Positions 12,694 through 23,600 of a stretch of DNA of 47,977 bases are shown in pieces (the stretch's first letter is position 1; each line of letters opens with the position of its first letter). The stretch lies in NCBI RefSeq assembly GCF_000143415.4, contig NW_003314277.1, positions 1,278,963 through 1,326,939 of the forward strand, in the 5' to 3' direction. The notes below the pieces were generated by a model, which ran no database searches, was not told the DNA's origin, and saw only the letters and a program-made list of their open reading frames with translations. The translations under genes and the position numbers were made by a program. The stretch is from Selaginella moellendorffii. Its lineage: Eukaryota; Plantae; Lycopodiophyta.

Positions 12694-15600
12694 TGTTGCG
12701 AATGTGATTTCGGGTATCGAAAGTTACCTCTAGGCCAGTCCTTACGAACACTCTTTCCTTACTACCACGATAGTAGGAGGTCAGTATTGCTAGTTCCCTT
12801 TATCAACCCCTCTTGTTTAAGTGTTAGTAAACTAGGTTTAGCACCTGTACTTAGCTAGATGGATATAAGGTAGGAACTCCTATGTGTTTCTAGTGGAGCA
12901 TACTCGGCCTGGCTCTTAGTTCTCTTTTGCTCTATCTTGCACTGGCTTGACAAGAACCCTCGCGTATTGAGATTAGTCCCTCAATATCGCTGGATAATAA
13001 ATTACCGTGTTTGCCAAACACCCTCGCTATCATGCCCTTTGTGTTAGTCTCATTTTGATCCCAAATGCTATTTATGGAAAGTGTCCAGATTTGCTCATTT
13101 GGCATATCTACGGAATGTAGAGATTGACCTGAACACAATGGTATTCGTCCTGTGTCCAAATTCGCAATCTAACGCCATTCTATATTTAGTAAGTTTCGAG
13201 CTTGTCCCAGAGACTAACTCCTGATACTAAGGGAAGCTTGGGGTGAAAGCCCAAAACGTGTGTTCTTAAAAAGGAAGGGGGGGGGGGGGGGGGGGGCTGT
13301 GGGGGGTTCCAAATGTATAGTAGGGATAGTGGGTAGGTCGGGCATGGCCAGCCAACCTGAGGCATAGTCTAGCTTTTGCTTGTATGCCTGTCCTTGTTCT
13401 GCGTCTGGCTTGGGTCTAAGCCCAAGTTCCATTCCATGCTAGTTGGTGGAGTACCCATGTCCTTGCCTTAGGCCACCGGTATGCTGAAATAGCATCAGAC
13501 TCTATTTGGCTCCGTTTTGCATGCTGGTCTTGGCAATGGGATGCTGGTTGCTCTAGGACCATTCCAAGTCGCTCCGGGCTCCTATCCCTTCGCTCCTTGG
13601 GCTGTATGTTCGGGAGTTGCTCCGTGGTTTAGTTCCATCACTTCTTGGCTCCACGCTTGGGAGTTTGGCACCGTTCCTTTGTTCAGTGGCCCAAGGCCCT
13701 AAACCTTGGGTTCCGCACCACTGTCCTTTGGACATGTGGCATGTGACACATGGCATCTATCACATGACACAAAGAGGGTTTAGGTTCCACTTCATGGTGT
13801 TATCCTATGGTAAATCATAATAGGATAAAGGGTAAAAACCACGTGCGCTACATTTGGTATCAGAGAATGAGTCTCGGCGAGTACTATCCAATGGGATTGG
13901 GCAACTAATCTCGTTGCATACACAGAGATGAAAATAATGATCCAAATGGGTACATGTTTGGGTGCAATGACTTCGCAAACGTTCTCTGGGTATGGATTTG
14001 GTTACCTTGTTGTACCTTATGATGTGAGCTTGCTCTTGGGCTCATAAGATGGATTGAGGTGTACCATTTTGCATGAGTTTGAGCTTGGGCTCATGAGTGA
14101 GGCACATTAGCAACTCAAGGTTACACTTTAAGTCAGTGTTACGAACACGGCCGGGATCCCGGCCGTGTTCACCGTGTTTCACGAACACAGCCATGGGTCG
14201 TGTTCCCACGGCCGTGTTCGTGAACAGTGGTCCGTGTTACTAACACGGACCACTGTTCAGAATATTCTCACGCGGAATATTCTGGTTTTAGGGCGCACGG
14301 CATCACACGACAGTCCAGCCAGGGCGCACCATTTCAGGGCACAGCAGCAGCAATCCAAGGCAAACAAGCATATATAATTTTTAAATAACATATTCTTAGA
14401 ATATTCAGTAGAATATTCGTGAGCCATCGTGGGCCGTGATCGTGTTCCGTGTTCGGGTTCCTGAAATCTGAGGCTCGTGTTCGTGTTCCGTGTTCGTGTT
14501 CGTAACTAAGCTTTAAGTTGGCAAGATTAATGTTAGCCTATTGTTAGTTTCATGAGTTGTTCCATGTACCATGGGTGAAAGTAAACCTTCCCTGGGTTTG
14601 CTATGAGTGGCAAATAGGCTGATCCGTAGTTGTTTAGCACGGCACTAGTGGATCCTTCCTAGGCATGATTACAAGTGGATCAATCAAGACTATAGGGATG
14701 AGTCTATTGATTCAAGTAATCACTGCCGTGCTCTCTCATAAACTTTTTTTGGATTGGATTGAAGGTAATGTGAAAGCAAGCTTAAGGTTTAGTCAAAGAT
14801 GAGACCGAAAACAGAATTATCGGGGACGAAGGATCAAACATGTAAATCATTTTCTCTTCTTAGAGAGATAATTTGCAATGAGGTGTTAACTCATTGCTCA
14901 TGTTCATATTATGCAATCAAAAGTCCTTACCTTGATGCATTTTGGAGATGATGATTTTACAAATGGTGAGTTGTGGGATGGATAGCAGTGAAGCGCTAAA
15001 CCATTTTGTCTAGACTTGCTATTGAAAGACTTGGGTTGCAATGCTCAATTCTTTTTTAGAGAACTTTGCTATTGCTCCTTGAGTAGCTTGGTGTTGGATT
15101 AGTGTTGAGTTTGATCGAAAAGAGAGTGGTATAAGTTTGTCCGTGTTGTGAACAAAAGTTAGTGGTGTTGGGTGTTGCAAGTTTCTATTGGTAGAGTGTG
15201 GCATTTATGTTGTATTTTGTCGAATCGAGTTAGCACTTGATACTCACATAAACATTTGAAGTAATAACATAGGCATTGCTCATTGTATTACTCAATTGAT
15301 GATCAAATCATTGTGATATTTATATCATATCCATGTGATAATGAATAATGTGTTTACGAAGTTGCTTGGTTAAAAGATGATCAACCCCAAAGTAGTTGAT
15401 GGTGAAGCTAGTCTACTTGCACGAAGTAGCATTGTAATAGCTTTGACTGGATTCTCGATGGTGGTCCATTATGCTAAACTTAGGTTGGTTCCTTATTTCC
15501 TTGAAGGGTTTGCATATTGTGGTGTTGGAAAAGGGTTATAACATTCACTTGTTATGACTTGTTGGTTGATCCATTAACATTTTTCTTATTAGTGTTTTGG

Positions 15601-17531
15601 CTTCATATTGGATCTTGAAAGTGGTTGAAGAAGAGTGTTAGTGCAATGTGGAAATCTAAAGATATAGTCTTTGTGATCAAACTTAGATGTTCACTTTGCA
15701 TTTTGCAGATGTCGGTGTTGAATGTTGGAAAAATGGGCAAAGATGTTTGAGGCTTAAGCATATTATTGGATCATGAGAATTTGTGTCGAGGCGAAATTAT
15801 GTGAAGTTGTTAGTAGAAAGAAGTTGGTTGAGTCTTGGAAATTTGCAATCTTGGACTAAAAGTCATTCTTTTTTTAGGATGGAAAATTTTTCCATAAATT
15901 TTCTTAGACTTCTCCAATGGCTGATCTATTGATCACTTTTCCCGAAAACCATTCTGTTTTCGTAAGCCAATACAAACTAGTGAAGGGGTTTGAGTTGACT
16001 TTGGTTGGCTTAGACCTTAGTAGATAGTTTGTATGATACGGCCCAAAAGGGATGCTAACTTTTGAGGCTAAGGCAATTGAGTTGGATAGAATCTAGAGTT
16101 ATTGTAGAAAAGTGGCTGTTACACTTTTCTAGAAAGGTGACCCTTGTGCCTTTCTTTTATAGTGTTATGCTTGGTGGCAGGTTGCACCTTGCATTTCACT
16201 AAACTCTATGAGAGTAGTGAGCTTTCACTGATCTTGACTTGGTCATAGTAGCTTTACACCTTGGCTAAGGATAGTGATGGTCAACTTAATTATTTGAAGT
16301 TGAGATATTAGTACTCGTACTATAGCTTTGTCTATGAGGAGGTTGTGTACCAATATGAGTTGTTGAGTTGCTGTTCTTTGGGATGGTAGATTCTTTCTTC
16401 AATGATGATTATGCATCTCTTTATTGATGGGATGATTGATAATCTTTCATGATGGTTAATTATTCTCTTTGATAGCTTATGGCTTCTCGCAATACCACAT
16501 GTTCTTTGTGGTTTGCTCTGGATTGGTTTCTTGGGTTTGAGACATTAGTAGGATGTTGCTGACACTTGCTTGAGCAACTCTAGTTCTTTGGTATTATTGA
16601 TCGGGATTTATTCAGATTAGCTAGTGTGATAATTGGCATGAACGAGTGTTTGTTGGTTTAACCACATTAATTCTGTTCTGTTGATTGTTGCTCGAGTTCG
16701 TTTTGATAAATTAAAATGTTATTTCCTTCGGGTGATACATTCACGAGCATTTTGCTTGCTAGTCGATAATACTTTGTGTTCTTTGAGTTATCTTTGGTAA
16801 GTTGTTTGGCATACTGTCTGCCATTTTCAATAGTTCAGTTTCATCATTGAGTTTCCTTGATGATATCCTTGCTATTGAATTTTGTTGGATGGTGATTTCT
16901 ATGCCTACCAATGATAGTAATCTTGGTGGTTCCTATCCTCTAATATTAGTTTATCGGATGATAACTTACTTGGAATACTTTTGTGTTCTAATCTAAGATA
17001 TATTCATTGATAATTAAGTCTCTAAGATATCATTGTTTCTGACTTTGATATTGTCCATCTATTAATCTTTGAGTTTGGGCCAGTAATGGGCAGACTGGCT
17101 TCGGCACTTCGTGTGCATGGTGAAATCTCTAGTCATGGGGTAGCTACTGTCGACTAGTCATATAACCTGCCTCTTTGTCAATGTTCCTTCTATCATTTAA
17201 AAAGGGTGTAACTGTGTAAACAACTCTAATTGCCTGTTTACAGTAGTCTATCTAAACCTTACCGACGAGTTTAGTTTCTTTGCTCATGAGGGTTGGGGCT
17301 TCTGTCTTCTCTCTCTATGTCCCTGCGGGTAGGGGCATATCACATTTTTGTAAGCTGGGTGACACCCAAAGCAACAAGGGTGGCTGACTTCGTTGGTCAT
17401 TTCCTTGTCAGTGATGGCCGAAAGGTGTCTGAGTGGTAGCACATCCGCATTAGGCAAAGAGGTTACCCTAACTCGTGTTTATCCTATGGTAAATCACCAT
17501 AGGATAAAGGGTTAAAATCATGTGCGTTACA
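12694..17531 (+). mobile_element. Decayed or chimeric LTR retrotransposon (element C)
   Basis: Begins TGTTGCG within a family LTR. LTR-like end ...GTGCGCTACA at 13852 is followed by PBS TGGTATCAGAG (13855-13865). A second LTR-like segment 17207-17531 follows AAAAAGGG and ends in a similar ~50 bp terminus (...GTGCGTTACA). The interior is T-rich and ORF-less. Confidence 0.6.
14134..14510. mobile_element. hAT-type MITE (377 bp)
   Basis: 8-bp TSD CTTTAAGT at 14126-14133 and 14511-14518. Imperfect TIRs CAGTGTTACGAACACG / CGTGTTCGTAACTAAG. Many subterminal CGTGTT/AACACG repeats. Confidence 0.88.
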
Positions 17532-17740
17532 TCAATGAAGTCAACAGTCACTTCTAGCATATTGTAAAGAACCTTGTCCATAATCTACTGGAAAGTTGCT
17601 AGAGCATTGTTCAAACCAAACAACATCACCAAGAACTCATACAAACTAAACAGTGTACCAAAAATAGTCTTAGGAATTGTCGTGAATGTAACTTTGCCAT
17701 AACTAGCTTCAGCCAGCTTCACAAACAATTTTAATGATTC
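17532..17740 (-). pseudogene. Ty3/Gypsy reverse transcriptase fragment
   Basis: Translates as TLFSLYEFLVMLFGLNNALATFQ*IMDKVL...VDFID, homologous to the RT at 39820-40545. Confidence 0.85.
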
Positions 17741-19373
17741 ACAAAATAAGCTCTTTAAGCTTGTCACATTTTCCCTTTCTCGTCACCATCAGTAAACCAT
17801 GAACTCAACGGTATTATGCAGCCTCATGTCAACCTTAGCTTTCCAAAAACCATGTCTATGCAGGTGTATAACAGTTTGTGCAACTTGGTAAGTGTAGCGC
17901 ATATGATCATAAAATGAGATTTGGATATATTGTCACCATGGATCCTTGGAACCTTGGGGGATAAATGAAGATAAAATAACTATTAAGGGCTCTCTCATCA
18001 AGTAATTGCCCCTCTTTAATTAGTTTAAAGGAAGAGAGATAGAGTGTGTTACATATGGTATCAGAGCAAATGCCACAGTTCGATTCCCATTGATTAGTGG
18101 CTACTTAAAAATATAATATACCCTTGAGCAAGGTATATTCCTACCCCTAAATTTAAAATCATATGTATTGGGCATCTATGCATATGTCCTTCCTCTTGGT
18201 GGAGCATCCACGGACGAAGGTATCCACCGTAAGATTGCAGTATGGGTGGATGACTAGTTGCCTCATATGGAATAGCTAATTTACATAATAAAAAGATTGA
18301 TAAATTCAGTGCGGAAATGGAGGTGCTAGTTCCCTTTGGCTCAATAGAGGTTGTTAGTCAATAGTCAATGAGGACATTAACATTTCTAAAAAGGGGGGTG
18401 AGTGTAGTGCATGTGATCATGGGATGAGATTTGGATATACTATCACCGTGGTGTGAAACACAAATCCCAAAGCCCCAAAAAGTGGAGCCGAAAAGGTGCC
18501 ACATGGTAGTGGCTGAAGCGGAAGCCAAACGGAAGTAACATATTTGGACTAAAAGCTTTGACTTGGACAATCGAGAGTGGGAGTGGAACTCCTAAAAAAG
18601 AGATGGAGTTCGAGATAGAGTCCAAGATAGACCTGAGATGGAGTTCAAGATGAACCCGAGATAGAGTCTAAGATGGAGTTTGAGATGGACTTCTAGATGG
18701 AGTCTAAGATGGAGTTTGAGATGGACTTCTAGATGGAGTTTGAGTCTGAATACTAATACAGGTTGTTGGGTGAAAGCCCAAAGCGATCATCCCCGGGGGG
18801 GGGGGGGGCTGCAGGGGGTTCAAAAAGTATAGTAGCGAGAGTGTGGGGGTTAGACCCAAATAGAGCCAGTTTGGCCTAGGAAGGCTGTACCCAGGTGTTG
18901 GGTGATGAGATAACCGGGAAGTCCAAGGCTAAAGTGAATATGAATTGATAAATGGGATAGTTTGGTGAAGTGTTCAAGAGCCAGTTTTAGTTCCCCCGGG
19001 AGATCGAATGGTCGATGCTTCCAGTCCAAGAGTGGGTGGCACTACCTACTTGGATACCTAGCATGGCTTAAAGGAACCTCGTTCTAGCCCCATGGCTATA
19101 GCACCCAAGGGTGGAAGGTGGGGAGAGTACCCATGAGGCTTGCGTAGGGCCACAGTGTTCTGAAATGTTGTCCCAAAGTCCCGGATGGTGGAAAGGAAGA
19201 GGAGCAGTCCTCTGGTGTAGTGACCAAGGATGCAATCATATGGTGAGGAAGTCCTAGAGAACAAGGGGACTTCGTGATCGGGCTCGTGGGGCTTGATCTA
19301 GTGGTAATGTTGGCAAGCACGGCCATGGATAGAAAGGGATTTGGTGGGGATAGAAAAAAGGATATGTGGGAAG
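17738..19373 (+). repeat. Copy 2 of the duplicated composite segment; family LTR (from ~18452) cut by the DNA transposon
   Basis: Collinear with 11007-12627; PBS TGGTATCAGAGC at ~18056. LTR homology stops exactly at the left TIR. Confidence 0.85.
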
Positions 19374-19397
19374 AAGCTCTATTTCGTTAAAGTGGGA
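19374..19397 (+). repeat. Left terminal inverted repeat
   Basis: AAGCTCTATTTCGTTAAAGTGGGA, the exact reverse complement of 32580-32603. Confidence 0.95.
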
Positions 19398-19791
19398 ATT
19401 GTCATTATCCCACTTGTAAAATAAGGTTTCCAAACCTTTATATAGTATATAAATATAACAAAATTCAACTGCATTGAGGCACATGCCATTTTATTTTAAA
19501 CAAGGAAATGTCTACTCAATCACTTCTCACTGCTTCACCTCTCTCTTCTCCTTGTCATCGTCGTCCAATTTCTTTCCATCCTTTTAATATTGGCTCAGTT
19601 GCTCCGAGTCTAGGTGGAGCCCAAGTCCCCATTCAATCTTTACTTTCCCCTTATTAATAAAACAACTTCGTAGACTTCCAATAACATGCTGTAAATGCAA
19701 ATCCTCTCAAAGAATTGTCTTTTAATATTAATACAATGGCATGGAACCCCATGCCATAATAAGTTACATTTTTAAATAAATACATGCCATC

Positions 19792-20654
19792 TCAGACTGT
19801 TATTTTTTGCCTCCAACGCCTATACAATAACCTTGGAATTTCATCACTCTCCACACTATCAGGATTTAAACCCAATAGTAATGCCATCTCTTCTCTAATA
19901 CGTCCACGCTCATGTTCAGTGGTCGAAGAACCCATCCGGTTGAGCAGATTATGGAGATGCGGATAGTGCTTGGCTAGACAATATACATGCCATAAATGAT
20001 GACTGGTGTCTGTCCGATCAAATGGCTTCTGATATACCGTTCCATCTGCCATTTGGTTGATTTCTGCAGCCACCTCCTGGACTGGCCGGTTCTCTATCAC
20101 CATCGCTTCAAGCCGTTTTGCAAGGTCCCCCAGAACATACGGTTTCTTCTCCCTAGTTTCCATACTGCAAGAGATGGGGTGCACTGCATATGTGTGCGTG
20201 TTCGCTGCAGTTTTAATCGGCGAGTCATCGATGATGAGGATTTCACTTGACCTAGCAGTCTGGTTCATCACTACAGCCTCTGCCTTGACGAAGATGGGAT
20301 TGCTACCCCTCACATGGACCATAGTCAAGCAATCCTCCTGCGTTAGGAGAAAGTCAAATGGTAATATTACTCGCGTCTGATCGTGCATCATCTGTAGCAA
20401 CGTTAATGCATTGTGGCGCATCATGGATGTCCAAACTCCCAATTGCAAATTGAACCCGGCCCTCTGTTTTAAGTGTCGCATGGTCATTATTAGATCCCGC
20501 AGTTTCTCCTGTGTGATTAATGTGAATCTGTCTCTTTTGACCAACTTGCGACCGCAGGCTTTGGAGGGTGCAGTGACATTCGAGGACGAGCCACGCTCAT
20601 GGGAGAAAAGGACACCGTTCAGATCAAAAACGATACAGTACTTTCGCCGTGACT
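19792..20654 (-). CDS. Terminal exon: FCP1/NIF-like HAD-superfamily phosphatase domain
   Basis: CIVFDLNGVL (motif I), LGVWTSM (motif II), FLLTQEDC, PIFVK (motif III), ILIIDDSPIK (motif IV). Confidence 0.85.
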
Positions 20655-23600
20655 CTGAAATGAAATGCGTTAGCATAAAAAATGGTACAAGTCAATTTTA
20701 CCATCTACAATATTAGCGAATGGTGCTCCCGATGGTCGTTCAGAGGGTTTTGGTCGAGGAAACGTGAAGGGCGGAAATACTCTCCTCTGCAATGTGGGGT
20801 CAATCGCATCCGATGGTGTGTGGGCACATGCCATTTCAGCTGTAGACTCTGGTACAACTGGCTCAACAGTGGCATGGGGTGGTTCCGATGGCGTGTGATC
20901 ACACGTCATTTCAGCTGGTGCCTCCGTTGGCAAAGTGGACATGACCGAACAGGCAGCAGGGGCGGTGTAGGGAGGTTCCAACGGCGCGTAGTCAGACGAT
21001 TGGGCACACGTTGGAAATGAGGATACGACCGGCTCGGCGGCTGGGGCGGCCTCATGCGGGTCCAATGGCGCCTGGTCACCGTCAGTTGGATACGTGGACA
21101 AGATTGACTCAGTGGTATGGGCAGCATCAAGTGGAGCGTGGTCAGCTTGCTTGGCGTTGATATGGATAGTAGCCTCCACCAGCTCTGATGACTCTTGCAG
21201 GCAAGTAGAGTCCACTGGCGGATCCATATGCATGTCCAAATATCTCCCTTCGATTGAGATGGTATCCTCCCGTGCTACTAAAAACAAACTCATTAGCACA
21301 TTGAATCGACTATACTGTATTTACCATCAACTGCTATTGAGGAACTAGGACCGATATCACTTGGGCGCACTGCTGATTCTGAAGGATTGGACATACGTTT
21401 CGACCCTTGCTTGGCACTATCCTTCCTCGACACTAAAGGCTAGAGTTTGTATCTTAATTCAACTGAATAATCTCTACTTACCATTTCTTCTGCGACCTAC
21501 ATGGACAATGTTAGAAATGGTAAAAGGTTAGGAATGGATGTACTATTATTTACCTGATGGTTTGTCTTGTATGACCTTCCTCCGCTGCTCTTTGGCCACC
21601 TCAGGCTGGCCATCATCGTCATCATCGTCATCGTCGTTATTGTGATCATCACCATTGTGAGGACCATCCAAGTCCTCTTCGTCCTCCTCTTCTTCGTCCT
21701 CCTCTTCGTCCTTCTACTCTTCCTGCTCATTATCTTTCTCTGGCTCCTCATCCCCCTCTTGCATTTCTTCCATAGGCTGCTCAGGCTGGATTGCTTGTTT
21801 TTCCAGGACCATCTTGGAAAAATCATCTGGCCGAGTCTCCATCTCAAAATACAAGACATCCATAGCCTGTTTTAGTGCGTGACCTAGGACCGTATCCTCA
21901 CCCGACTGTCTTAACATGGTTTCTGCACGTTCTTGCACCCTTCGAAGACGACGAGATGAGAAAAACGTGGCCCTGACTTGAAAAGCATCCCTCATCCATT
22001 GTACCTCTCCATTGAGATTGGGGAAGGGGAGTCCACCATAGGAATCTGAGTCAGAAGGTGGTGACTGGCTCCTTTCACTCAGCCCTTGATCTGCAATGAA
22101 TGGCATGAGCACACACGCCATAACCGCGAGGCATTACCTATCATCTTTTCGTTGCCCTTCTTCCTTTTCGAATCAAACGCCTCTGATCCCGACGACTGTC
22201 CAACGTGCTTTCGCTTTTTATGACCACTGTCAGTTTGAGCTTGGCTGGTGCTTGCCTGTTTTGCCTTTGAAGAAGTGTCTCCTGCAAGGAATGGCATGAG
22301 ACCACACGCCATTGCAAATATAATTTGTACCTCCTTTTTTCCTATTGCTTGTCTGTTTGTCCTTCTTCGACGCGCCACCAGTGCGCTTTTCAGTCCTCGT
22401 GTCTGAATATTCACAACGATCTATAATCAAAATGGCGTGAGGCCTCACGTGACCTTACCTTGTGCAGGTTGTGACCTCGGCCTAACATCAGTAGCTGTTA
22501 ACGCCGTTTCAGCATCTGGGGGTGGCCACGCTCCTGCATACAGAGCTTGTGAGATAACATTTAAACTTAAAGTGCGTACTCACCAGGTTCGTAGAGAAGA
22601 TACTGTTTTTCTTTGGCAACTGTAATTATATGCTCCATTGAAGTCACCTCTTCAATGGAGTTTGTCACCGCAACACACGGGACACCCTTGAGTAGTGCGG
22701 CTCGAAAGAATAGTCCGCCGCAGTTGTACTCGACAACGCATTTGCCCTTGGAGTCACCCGCTATTGCATTGAAGACCCAGCTGAGCATTTCCCATGCTGC
22801 ACCTGGAGCTTTCTTTGGATTCGAAAGCTCCATAGCCGTCTTCAGTTCCTCAGGCACGGGTAAATTGACCTCCCTCAGATCAATTCGATCGGCTTTGTTG
22901 AACGAAGCTGGGAAGTCACTCCAGTCCCACTCTGCTGCAGGACCAATAACAAGGGCGACTGTGAAGATGCGGACATTCGTCGGTATCTTCTTCTTAGCCA
23001 TTATCCCATGGATCTCCCGCATCTCCTTGCCTTTCAACCGAGCCTTCACCTCGTTCAAGGCCTTCCAGAACTTGTGATAGGATTCGGAGTCGTAGATCAT
23101 ATAGTGGACTGAAGATTCCACCTCCGCAAGTCCCACCATTAAGTCAATGATGGAGCTGACTTCGTCTGCATGAGTGATCTCCTCGTTTGTGAAGTCCATC
23201 ACACAAAAGATGTTCTTGACCTGCTCATCTCCGCGGGAAACGATGCTCCTCCACCTTTGATCCTCATCCGAATTCACATATACCCGGTAAGGTTCTCGAT
23301 AGGCCTCTGCTGCGGGGTCAAGCTGTTTCTGAAGCCGGCGGTCGACATCCCTCTTAATGAAATTTGGATACTGATCCAACTTCTCAGCTTTACTTTTCGT
23401 GGCATCCCGCAGCAGATCGATGAACTTGGGGGCCCCCTTCACGTACTCGTCGATGTCTTCATTTGACAAGTCCAGCTCTTCCATCATCTCTTGCGTGGTG
23501 TCGATGCTCACCCTCTCCACGGCCACTTGCTCGAAGATCCAATCCTTCAATAGCGCACGAGCTCTCAGAGTCGTGCACAAGTCCTCGTATGTCACAATAT

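Noticed and set aside
13277-13297. Poly-G runs (also 4-17, ~12037, ~18795)
   Set aside because: Homopolymer at a homologous position in related LTRs; its length is unreliable and gives no independent evidence of function.
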